From contig OZ024740.1 of the NCBI GenBank assembly GCA_964016885.1, forward strand, positions 408,208,001 to 408,272,000: a stretch of DNA of 64,000 nt, read 5' to 3'. Numbering within the stretch: the stretch's first letter is position 1; each line of letters begins with the position of its first letter. This stretch comes from Eledone cirrhosa. Lineage: Eukaryota. The notes under the pieces are model-generated. The model searched no databases. It saw nothing but the letters and a program-made list of their open reading frames with translations, and was not told the DNA's origin. A program made the position numbers and the translations under genes. This document shows positions 40,405 through 52,207 of this stretch, one piece after another.

Positions 40405-40787
40405 ATTGTAAAAGTGCCCAGTCCACACTGTAAAGTGGTTGTGTAGGTGTCACGACAAAAAAGCACCCAATACACACTGTAAAGTGGTTGTGTAGGTGTC
40501 ACGACAAAAAAGCACCCAATACACACTGTAAAGTGGTTGTGTAGGTGTCACGACAAAAAAGGACCCAATACACACTGTAAAGTGGTTGAGTAGGTGTCAC
40601 GACAAAAAGCACCCAGCACACACTGTAAATATGATTGACATTAGGAAGGGCATCCAGCCATAGAAACGAAGTGAAAATCAGTTCTGCTTTTGCGAATCAC
40701 ATTCCCCCGACCAGATCTCTCACAAAGGCACAGCTCGTCCTACCTATGCTAGCGTGGAAAATGGCTGTTAAACGATGATGATGATGA
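40405..40787 (+). repeat. RTE-tail element with a ~48-bp module tandemly amplified 4-5 times
   Basis: Unit cacccaatacacactgtaaagtggttgtgtaggtgtcacgacaaaaaag, then ttaggaagggcatcc and (GAT)n. Confidence 0.85.
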
Positions 40788-43771
40788 GAAGGGTTTTGAG
40801 GATTTCTAGGAAAGAAAAAAATCTATATTGGGAAGTAAGGAAGATGAACCATTTCAAATTCGATTTATAGTATGATTTAAGCTAGTTCAATTATAAAATA
40901 TGAGAGAGTGAACCAGGTGCATTTTCATGGCACCATCACTTGAGAAATTGTTGATCATAGGGGTGGTTGATTAGTGTATGGGGATCTAGTGGTGTGGAGG
41001 ATGTGGTCAATATCGTGGCTTTTTGAAATCTTGATCTCAATCTTGACCATATAATCATCTGAATATTTTCTCTTTATTTGAAGTTAGGGCTTTGTTAGGC
41101 AAAAACAGATTTTTTTAAACATAAGAATATGAAGATTTTCCAAGTGAGGGATGACAACTGTTTCATCTGACTAAAATTATTGTGACTAGGTGATGTATAA
41201 TTGATAACTTTCATAACATTTCTGGTATTGTTAACTTCTCTACAAATGGAAAGTAATACAATATTTAGATAACTAGAAAATAATATTTAATTTTTGTTAT
41301 ACAATGGAAGAAAATAGCAGATGATTTAATTTTTTTTAGTCTTGTTGAAAATATGGTTGCAAAAAAAAAGAAATTACGTACAATTGGGTTCTTTGAATCT
41401 AAAATTTAGTATAAAAATAAATGGTTTATTGAAGTTCATTAAAAAAAAGTTCATCATTATTCTGAAAAGGGAAAGACTACAGGAATTATAGTGTGACTAG
41501 ATTACATCTGTACAATAGTAATCTTCTATAAGAAAAATTGGAACAAGAAAATTCCAGAAAAAATGTTCTTCATTCAATGATAAAGAAATACTTTCTTTTG
41601 CTAAACCACAGTTCTAAAACAATGTTTTATATCATCTGTGAACAATGTGCGCCATCTTTTGCGCCATATTTCTAATGAAATGTATTGTATTTGAATTGAT
41701 GAAGAATTTGGATAGATTTATTTTAATTACTAGACGACATAGCAAATCTCTAACCATAAAAAACAGTTCCTGTATAAAATTATATTGTGAGGTTTTAATT
41801 TAAATATGAACCCTTTAAAATGGGTAGTTTTGTTTTATAGAATTAGAAGCAGTTTTGGGGGTAAGTTGGTATTAGCAGGCTGGTTGATAGCAGGAATGAC
41901 ATTTTTTAAACTGAAGCTATTTCTTTAGAATGTTTCCAAAATATTAAATATACTTTTGTATTATTTGGAAAATATTGGTTACTTTACTTTGTTGAATACA
42001 TCAAATAAGTTATACTAACATTTGATACCACTCTTTCTATGCTGTTTCATCCATAATTCATTATATTAAGACCTTTAAACTAAAATGTTCAGTGATAATT
42101 AAGCTAACATTAAAAATATTTTTCTTTTTTCTTTTGTTGAATTTTATATTCTGGAAAATTATTTAGATATAAGGTCAACAACCTTGTTCCATTGAACATG
42201 TTAACTATTGGGTCAGCTATAAACTATATGAAAATATGAAAAAGGAAATCAGTTACATACTTTGATGGAATACATATACATAAAAGATAATGAGAGCAGT
42301 TTTCCTTAGCTCATCGACCTACTTCCTTTAAAACCATCATCCTTCTACATTAAAATGGGAAGCACATATTGAATACTGTTGTCCTAGATATCCAGAAAAA
42401 ATGTAATATGGTCATGACTGGAATCCTTTATATGATAGGTCTGCTCAGTCATGAAGGACATTACCTATAATTATCAAATTATTTTTCAAATAATTAAGAA
42501 TTTGGAGAGATTTAGTAATATAATCAAATTTCTCTTTATTAATCTGGTGTTTGAAGCATAATTTAACATACCTTCTAATATAAAATTATGATGAAAAGTC
42601 TTTAGATAAATATAAACACTTAAAAATAAAGTTTTGTATCATAGAACCAGAGTCAGTTTCAGGTGGTTAAATGTCAAAACAGTTGAATATTTTGACAATT
42701 TTAAATAGATATAAATAAACATCATTTTATTTTCATTTTCCATGCTGGCATCGTCTGAGACTAGACTGGTTGAGAGACCACATCTTGCTTATATATGCCA
42801 CCTTTGGAATGGTTTCTATAATTGAATGTCCTTTCTAATGCTAAGAATGTGAGATGCACATGGAAAAGTTTCAGGAATTGAGTGACACGCTAATGAAGGG
42901 AAAGGTATGTATGAAATGTGCTATGATTTATGGTAATGAGACATGGGGGATGAATGGGGAGCAGTAGAGTAGGCTAGAAATAAGAATGATTTATAGAGGA
43001 TGATGGAAATAAAGCCATTGATGAATGTTGAGAAGCCAAATGGTATGGGATGATCAGGTCATGGTGTTGAAGGAATATAATCATGACAGTTTGAGAGGAG
43101 TGATGGAAATAAATGTGGAAAAAAGTAGACAAAGGAGAAGACCAACAAAAGCACAGCTAAATATGATAATAAGGGGGTTAGTGGTGGGGTAATGCTTTAG
43201 CGGGACAAATGGCTTTAAAACACTTCTTGTTGTTGTTTGGTAGAAAACATTTTAATCCAGGTTGTTTCTATGAAAAAAAATATGTTATTTTGCTTCAGAG
43301 TTCTTAATTAGAAGAAAAAACGGCTTTACACTTCTTACTTTTAACTGTAAGGCATGTTTACAGTATAGTTAATTATGTTAAGCTCAGTACTTCACTGGTA
43401 ATTATTTTATTGACCTTGGAAAGAGGAAAGGCAGTGTCAACCTGCGTTGGATTTGAACTCTGAACATGAGGTGTAACCAAATACAGTGGAATCTTGATTC
43501 ACGAACGCCTTTCATCATGACCAAATCAGTTCATGAACAGTTTTTCCAAACATATAACATCTCAGTTCATGCATGGCGTCTCAAGTAATGAACACGCAAG
43601 CCAGCAACAACAGTTGGCAACAAGCTGGGAGTATTAGTGGGACAGCATCACTTGTTGTGTAGTTAGTTACTATGGTGATGTCTACCTGTCTTTCACACAC
43701 AGTCTCTTTATCTCTTTCTCTCATTGTATTTCTCTTTCAACATTTTGCATGAGAAAAATAGTTTTGGTTTA

Positions 43772-43914
43772 CGAATATTTTGGGTGATAACCTTCATGAA
43801 TGAATTAAGTTCATGAACTCTGATTCCTCTGTATACCAAAGTATTTTGTCTACTGGTCGATTTTGAATGCAAATTTTGGTATGCTATAAATGTGAGAGCA
43901 CAAGGAGAGATCAT
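43772..43914 (-). CDS. Candidate antisense internal exon (uncertain)
   Basis: ttgtag| acceptor; open frame MISPCALTFIAYQNLHSKSTSRQNTLVYRGIRVHELNSFMK...; weak donors. Confidence 0.2.
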
Positions 43915-44423
43915 CTACAATTGTGAGGTATAATATTTATATCAAATTAAAGGACTTTAGGGGCATGATATCCATAACTAGGGTATTTGTAATATAAGAT
44001 CGCTCCCTTGATATATGTAATGATTGTCTCTGTGAAGTTGAAAGAGAAGATTGATATATTTCTATTGTCTTTCTAACACATATATTCTATACCAATAGAT
44101 TGTCCTACTTGTTTTTTAAGTGTTAATGCATCCATCAGTATACTGCCTTTTTGCCCTTACTTTCTAATATTAACAATGGAATTCAAATTATCTCATCTTG
44201 TTTGATGTAAAGTACTTAAATAGTATTTACTATCCTTGTGTCTAATTTTTCCTCCATTCTAGCATGGATGAATTTGTTTTTTAAAATGTAGACATTTGCA
44301 TAATGTCAGGACAAATCAATTTATGCTTTATAGCTGAATGTCTTTCCTCTCAATAAGCACTCTAGCAGATATAAAGTAGGAGTGGTATGACTTATCAACA
44401 GGCTGATGAGGTAAATAATATAA

Positions 44424-44811
44424 TTGTTTCTACTTTTGGCACAAAGCCAGCAATTACCCAGTGCATTACTGGTACTTTATTTTATTGACCCCGCAGGGGT
44501 GAAAGGCAAAGTTAACCTCGGCGGGATTTGAACTCAGAATGGCAAGGGCCATAACTCTATGTGTCAAAACATGTCGTCCGACCCTCTACCGATACTGCCA
44601 ATCCACCGACATGAGGTAAATAATTGTTTCTACTTTTGGCACAAGGCCAGCAAATTACCCAGTGTATTACTGGTACTTTATGTTATCGACCCCATAAGGA
44701 TGAAAGGCAAAGTTAACCTCGGCGTGATTTGACCTCAGAATGGGAAGGGCCGTAACTCCATGTGTCAAAGCATGGCATCCGACCCTCTACCGATACTGCC
44801 AATCTTCCGCC
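44424..44811 (-). mobile_element. Two tandem Meta-like SINEs sharing a triplicated target site
   Basis: atgaggtaaataat before, between and after the two copies. Confidence 0.85.
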
Positions 44812-44889
44812 ATGAGGTAAATAATATAATGTACCTTGCCTAGTGATATAATACAATTAACTATCATATGCCTCAGAATGAAATGTTAA

Positions 44890-45093
44890 CCCTTTAGTAT
44901 TTAAACTGGCTATATCCAGCCAAATTTCACTTTTTTCTGTTCAAACTGGCTGTAACTGGCTGCTCAAATTGATGTTAAGATATTGTTCTCAAAATGAATA
45001 ATATCAAAATCTCATAGATTCGTTATTTTGTGAGATAAATCCTTTACCATGAAAATATAATAGTATATATAGAATAATATAAATGCCAAAGGG
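44890..45093. mobile_element. piggyBac-like MITE
   Basis: TTAA on both sides (44886-44889, 45094-45097); TIRs ccctttagtattta / taaatgccaaaggg. Confidence 0.75.
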
Positions 45094-45598
45094 TTAATAT
45101 CTTGTGATACTAAAAAAAAATCAAGAATATTTATTGCAGTGCTCCAGTGTGGCCACAGTCAAATGACTGAACCCAATACAAGAATATAGAAAAGAATGCA
45201 GTCATCTGAGGAATATTGTTGTTTAATTCTTGCCAGTATAGAATACATGTTATGTGAACAAGCCAGCAAGGGAGTCTCTATGTGGTTATTTGACATACTG
45301 GATGTAGCAGACAAATCATATTCTACTATCTTACAAAAGAAAGTACATATTGGATAATGTAGTCCTATATACACTATACTTGAAATTAAAGAGTACAGAA
45401 TGATATTTATTTTTAAAAGGACACATTGGATAATGTTTTCCTAGATCCTCTTAAAAAGATGGGATTTTTATGGTTAAAATGGCTTTGATAACAATCTGCT
45501 TAATCAAAGATGACATGTTAATTGAATATGTGATGGGTCTTCACTTTTTGATGTTTTTATGAATCACATTGATTTAAATATTGCTTGGATTAGGTATA

Positions 45599-45967
45599 AC
45601 TAGCTGACGTACCCAGCTTTGCCAGGGTAAACAGATGATAAGAGATAAGAGAAGACAGGTAAAAGAGAAAATGACTGTATTGGATGTTTGTCTGGTTACA
45701 GTATGAGGTGAGTCCGTGGTGTCTGTGTGATACAAAAAACAGTAAAAAAAAATCTTTCAGATATACCAGATTCTTCGTTGTACCGTTTGTGCAAAGTATA
45801 TGAACAATTCTAGGTGCTGCCACCTAGAATAGTGACCTCTAGGAGATGGTTCATCTTCTGCCTGACTGTAAAACGTGTATCATTGCATAGACGTGGTTGT
45901 TCCACGTTTCTCAAAAGGATGATGGAAGTTCCAATCTTTTATATTATATGTAGATATAGATATAGAT
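45599..45967. mobile_element. Non-autonomous Helitron/Helentron-like element (may extend to 46507)
   Basis: actagc terminus with hairpin tacccagctttgccagggta; other end cttttatattatatgtagatatagat; a second tatatagat end lies at 46507. Confidence 0.55.
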
Positions 45968-48225
45968 AATTAATATAAAAGATGTCCGTCAATGTAAAAA
46001 AAGGTCCCTATTTACTCTCTTCACAACTTTGAGTATGTTAGACTGACAGACAGGCACACAGACATAAACTGCATGGCGATTGTGGGATGCCGCACGTACA
46101 CACACATACACGCATGGAAATGCGCACACGCACGCAAACTTACACACACGCACAACACTCACACATGTTGATAGATTTTACTTTCTGTGGAACGCTGCAT
46201 GCACACACATATAAACATACGCACACATACATACACACGCACACATGTTAATAGTTATTGCTTTCCTTCCCCTCTTATTTCCACACACACACCCGTCTCT
46301 ACACTGACACATATACATATGGTAGTGTATCCAAACACAGCGTTCACTTTGCCTCTCTCTCCCCTCTCCCTCCCTCATTGGCATAATGCATATTAATTTA
46401 AGTTTGGCGTCGTTGAGGTGGGCGGAGTCGTTTGAAACCTATGAACCAATGATAATCGAGAATTATGACATACGGAATACTGACATTGTTCAAATTAATA
46501 TATAGATTATAAATAAATATGTACCTTAAACAACATAACACTATAGTTGTGTGGTTCAACTCTTTGGCTATTTACTGTATGATCTGGAGATTAAATCCAA
46601 TAACAGCATTTCTGCTATCTCTCTGGATACGTCACATAAGTTTTATTACTTTGATAAAGTTTTCCAACAATTAGAAACTTGTATCATTTTAATTGAAAGG
46701 ATTCCCAGTTGTAGAAACAGCTGATAAAATGAGTCATAACCAATGAAGGAGCCTCTACAATATTTCTTGATGTATCATACATAGCAGCCTAATCCCTTTC
46801 AAATAATAGCTTATCTTCTTTAAAATGAAAGGATTTATTGGATAATCTAGTTCTATATATAATATACAAAGAAAAAATAAATTATGGAATGGACATAGCT
46901 GGAATGTTTCTCATTGTCTGTTTAAACACGGCTTGTCTAGAGCTAAACAACAACTGAACAAGGCAAGAGGAACAAGCTGCAAAGGCAGTTGCTCCAGTAA
47001 AGACCACCCCTTTTATGCATCTTTCTTTCTACTTCTTTATTTAGTTGTTCTGTCTGTTAATAGGTAAACTGAATAAATTACATTAAAAACATAAAAATAA
47101 CCTTTTATGTTTTTCTCTTTACAGAGGGAATAGTGGTAATTGTGTTTATATTTTCTTCTTTCCACAGCAAAGGTTTCTAATTCAAATATTTTAACTTAAA
47201 TCTTTTATGTGATGTGCTGTGTTCTGCATAAATATTTATTATACTTTTAAAATAGTTTTTAATGATTTGATCTTGAGGAAGGAGCTGTATTCATAACATT
47301 TACAGAATGTGCAGACTTTCTAAGACCAGTGAGATCCACATGGCTGGTTTTCCTCTTAAACAGCTGTAAGCTGGCTTCTACAGAAAAAAACATGTGCAAG
47401 AAGTGATTTCTAGAGGGTTAACATTCTGCAAGGAAGGACTGGAGTGAGGAAATGGTGAAAACAATGTGGGTAGAGGAGAAGAAATGAGTGAACTTCAGTG
47501 GAGACTATTGACTTTCATGACAAGTTTATAACAGCCATCAATTGGTTATCAGCTCCTATTCATTTTTACATGAGACTCTTAGGATCTCCATTTCTGGTCA
47601 CATTCAGAAGTTGAGTTGAACTCTACATCATAATCTAATGTTCTAATTGTTAGTTGCCATTGCTGCTCTTTAACCTCAAGCCAACTCTAATCCAGTAGAC
47701 CAATGGTAAAAGGCATTCTGACCACAACCATCCTGTATTTTGTGTATTATGGACTACATTGTCCCATATATCCTCCTAAAATGTTAGACTTTGATTTGAG
47801 GAAATATGGCTCCTTTTTCTAGCAAGGCTAAAGAGAGTCCTCTCTTCTCTGCATGTGTTCATTCCTTTCTTTCCAATAGACAGTTTAAATATATTAATCT
47901 AGGAATTAATTACCTTTGAAGATTTTCGGTGGAAAATTATATTAATCATTAATAATGCTTGGTTGTGTAATTGGAAACATGGTCACTTCACCAGCATTAG
48001 ATACAAAATTTGAGTTTTATTACTGGGCCTGTTGCTTTTTTCTATCTCTAATTCATGTTTATAATGTCTGGTCTGACACAATTTTACATAATTTTACATG
48101 GTTTGATTCTTAGGATTATTTCTCATTACAAGCATTGAATTGAGAAAGGGTATCTGCTATGCTGGAAATAAGTAATATTTCTAGTTATGTTGTCAATATA
48201 TTTATATATATATATATATATATAT

Positions 48226-48523
48226 ATCATCATCATCATCATCACCATTTTATGTCCATTCTTCCACGCTAGCATGGGTTAGATGGGTTGTCCTGTTGTG
48301 GGCAGTGTCTGGTCGGCTGACCTTGTCTTGCTCATACTGGAACTGATTCTGGCATGATTTCTACAGTTGGATGCCCTTCCTAACACCAACCTCATTTACA
48401 GTGAGTGGTGGGTGCCTTTTTTCTGTGGCGCCTACACATCCACTTTACAGTGTGGGCTGGGTGCTTGTTTGCTGTAGCACCTCCATGACCACTTTGCAGT
48501 GGGACGAGGGCGGGGGGGGGGGG

Positions 48524-48525
<2 letters not shown>
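48226..48525 (-). mobile_element. RTE family-B 3' UTR copy
   Basis: Matches 11016-11300. Confidence 0.8.
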
Positions 48526-48576
<51 letters not shown>

Positions 48577-48847
48577 CTTATCCTGCTATGCTAAGCTTAT
48601 GAACAATTTCTTTGCTGATTTATAGTAATGTCTATTTTGAACTTAAGGTCTACCAATATTTGTTGAATATTAGTTGAATCAAATAGCACCTTTCATATGC
48701 AACCTCTTCATATTCTGGCAGAAAAAATCAGTATTTATAGCAAAGATTGGATTGGGTTTAGTGTAAACCCAAAGGGAAATGATGATATAGATTTGCTAAT
48801 AGTGTAGATCCAATTAATAAATCTGAAATGTAACAGTACTTATAAAA

Positions 48848-50100
48848 ATTGTTTCTATATTTGGAACAAGGCCAGCAATTTCAAGGGTAGGGGAAAAGTT
48901 GACCAAATTGACCCCATTGCATTACTGGTGCTTTATTTTATCGACCCTGTAAGGATGAAAGACAAAGCTAACCTCGGCAGAATTTGAAATCAGAATGTAA
49001 AGAGCTGCAACTTTATGCTGCAAAGCATGTTGCCCAACACTCTGCCAATACTGTCAATATAATAATGATAATTGTTTCTACTTTTGGCACAAGGCCAGCA
49101 ATTATCCCAGTGTATTACTGGTGCTTTATTTTATCGACCCCGTAAGGATGACAGGCAAAGTTAACCTTGGTGGGATTTGAACTCAGTCCGTAAAGGGACG
49201 TAACTGTGCTGCAAAGCATGGCGTCCGACCCTCTACCGATACTGCCAATCCACCGCCCTCAATATAATAATGATAATGATGATTTATATGTTTGACATCA
49301 ATGAGCAGCAATTTTTTGTACAGAGCCACAATTTCATTGTCTGCTGTATTTGACTGGTTATACATTATCCACCATGGAGGGATAAAAAGTAAAGTAGATT
49401 CTAATAATATTTGAACTCCAATTGTAAATGAATAATTAAACAGTATTAAATCTGGCACTCTATCAATTCCTGCCAGTCTGCTGCCAAGAATGTGACACAA
49501 GTCTATTAAAAGGTTCAGTCGTTAGTGATGTAGTATTGTTTATAGTAATATTTGTTTCTACTTTTGGCACAATGCCAGCAATTACCTCAGTATATTACTG
49601 GTACTTTATTTTATCAACCCCATAAGGATGAAAGGCAAAGTTAACCTCGGCGGGTTTGAACTCAGATCATAAAGGGGCATAACTCTATGCTACAAAGCAT
49701 GGTGTCCAACCTTCTACCAATACTGCTAATCCACCACCCTTGGTGTATTGTTTATAATAATATTGATTTCTTACATAAACACAAAACCCCTAAATTTGGA
49801 AGAAAGGAACAGCGAATTGCATTGACCCTAGTATTCAACTAGTACTTTATTTTTCAACCCTAGAAGGATGAAAAGCAATAGTAACAACAACAACAACAAC
49901 AATAAATTAATGGTTTTTGATTTAAGCACAAGACCAACAATTTTGGAGTAGGGGAAAGTCAATTAAATCAACCTTAGTATGTTAACACCTAAAGGATGAA
50001 AGGCAAAGTTGAGCCCAACTGGATTTGAACTCAAAATGTAAAGAACCAGATCAAATCCCACAAAGCATTTTGTCTGTCACTCTAACAATTCTGTCTCTCT
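48848..50100 (-). mobile_element. Array of about five same-orientation Meta-like SINEs
   Basis: Copies at about 48848, 49070, 49552, 49760 and 49910, with different divergence. Confidence 0.8.
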
Positions 50101-50554
50101 ACTGCCCTGCTGGTATTGATACAAGGGGAACAGATGGAAGGGCATTACAAGGAAAAGTATAACAATTGCAAGGTTAACATACTGCTGGCGATATTGCTTG
50201 ATTGTTAGAGAAATATAAGTATCTGTCAACATTCTAAGTGTCAGGTGTCTGATCCTGGCCTTTATTTGATGGACTACAGCTTCGTGTAACACAAGCTGTT
50301 GGAAAATACACTTCTAAAACTGTTAGTACACCTCATCACTATCCAGGAATGTTTATAGATACTGCAACCCCATGCCTACACATAATCAGCTATGGCATAC
50401 TGAGCCTTTTGTGCAGAGGGTAATTTGGGGAATTGAATTTGAGACAGATGTGGTTGCTATTTCTAGTAGGTTTAACTGCCACATAGAAGATCCCTCACTC
50501 TTTCATAGTTAATGCATGAATGAAATATTGAGTGAGATAAGATAAATCACTTAC

Positions 50555-50597
50555 AGATGCTATTTCTTCTCTCTCAAAACAAGTTCTCCTTAGTTTC
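50555..50597 (-). CDS. Candidate 43-nt antisense exon (uncertain)
   Basis: T-rich tract and catag|G acceptor; (x)KLRRTCFEREEIAS; consensus donor |gtaagt. Confidence 0.25.
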
Positions 50598-52156
50598 CTA
50601 TGAATGTAGAATGCCATGGAAAAATGAAAATAAAAACAATATATATTATGATATGAACTGATGTCTGCTTGACAATGGAAATAACCATATAAAATAATCA
50701 GCAAAGTTGCAACAAATCATATAATGCAACATCCTACTCATGTTAGTTAATGGCTGTCGCTGTAGTTGGGAGGATATTTTAATGACAGTCAATCGCAAGT
50801 GTAATAAACTCTTTTTATTTAATCAGATTTAACACTTCACAATTTCCTAGGAATTGAAAAATTTGTTGCCATATAAATGCTATTTATGTTGTTTTTATAG
50901 CATTTTTATATCATGCATTTTGTCATTTTATGAGCAATGGCCACGTTGGTTATAGATTTCTAATAAGCCAGTTAAAAGTTCACAGCATTTCTGAGGGTGA
51001 GAACAACAAAGGAATGTCTGCAATTTGGCTGCAATTACTGGGTAAAGTTATTTTTATTCAATGGATCGGTTTACCTGCGTTCCAATATGTATATATTTTA
51101 CTTATATATATATATATATATAGCTAAAATATATACATATGATGATATATACATATATCATCATCATCATCATCATCATCATCGTCATCGTTTAACGTCC
51201 ATCTTCCACGCTAGCTTGCATTAGACGGTTTTGTACCATTTGATGCGGGATTGGTCGGGAGACCATATCTCACTCATACGGAAGTCTCTTTGGCAGGTTT
51301 AAGATAGAAAGAAGTTACGTAATCATATTTATTATATGTATGTTTGTGATACCAGCGTGGAGTTGTTGGGCAATTGTGACATCATCAGATGTTAACACAA
51401 TTATGTAAGTGGGTTGTTATGTTGTTGGTTAATGCTACCATATTTACTAAAGTCAGGAGAACTATATATATATATATATATCAACAGTCGATCGACAAAA
51501 TCCCAGACCTCATTTGATTAACGAGTGGGGTGGAGCTCGTCAAATCTGACTGGGCAAACAATGTTTCCATTGGTCTTTTCGGTTGCTAATACTATTTGTC
51601 AGTCGCAAGTCCAGGCAGAAGGAGCAACGTAAAATGAAGTGTCTTGCTCAAGGACATAACACATTGCCTGGTCCAATTGTGAATGAATTCTCTAACCACT
51701 CACCCATGCTCCTTCACAAAATTTAGTGTAGCTTCTGGTTGAGATTGAACCCAAGACCATCTCTCATACCTTCCACTAGGCCACTGATGCAGCTAGTTTC
51801 AGAAGATCCCGTTAAGGGTGAACGCAGCGATTCTTTGTTTAAACTTTAATCTGTTATTTTAATAAATATATATATATATATATATTGGGTATGAATCAAG
51901 GTTGTAGCTGCAATATAGCAGGTACTAATTGAGTTGTTTGAGGCAATCACAAAGCACTCAATGGAGCAAGAAGTTAAATCATTATTGTCCAGAGTAAACA
52001 CAAAAGTTAATAAAGTGTGACACTAAGAAAACCGAAGGCAGAGCCATACTTATACCACAACAACGATAAATACAAATAGGTTGGAGACTAACTTGGGCCA
52101 TCTTGAGTTGATTAGAATTGATAGAAATCGATGAAAATCTTTTACATATATATATA

Positions 52157-52207
<51 letters not shown>

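Noticed and set aside
40405-40630. Regularly spaced repeats suggestive of a CRISPR array (also 9760-10045 and 48848-50100)
   Set aside because: Units are contiguous tandem copies or whole SINEs with no unique equal-length spacers; no cas genes; eukaryotic context.
41425-42225. Small minus-strand pseudo-exons (NNDELFFNELQ*, DYYCTD, FIADPIVNMFNGT)
   Set aside because: Weak donors or implausibly short introns and no recognisable homology; expected by chance in AT-rich DNA.
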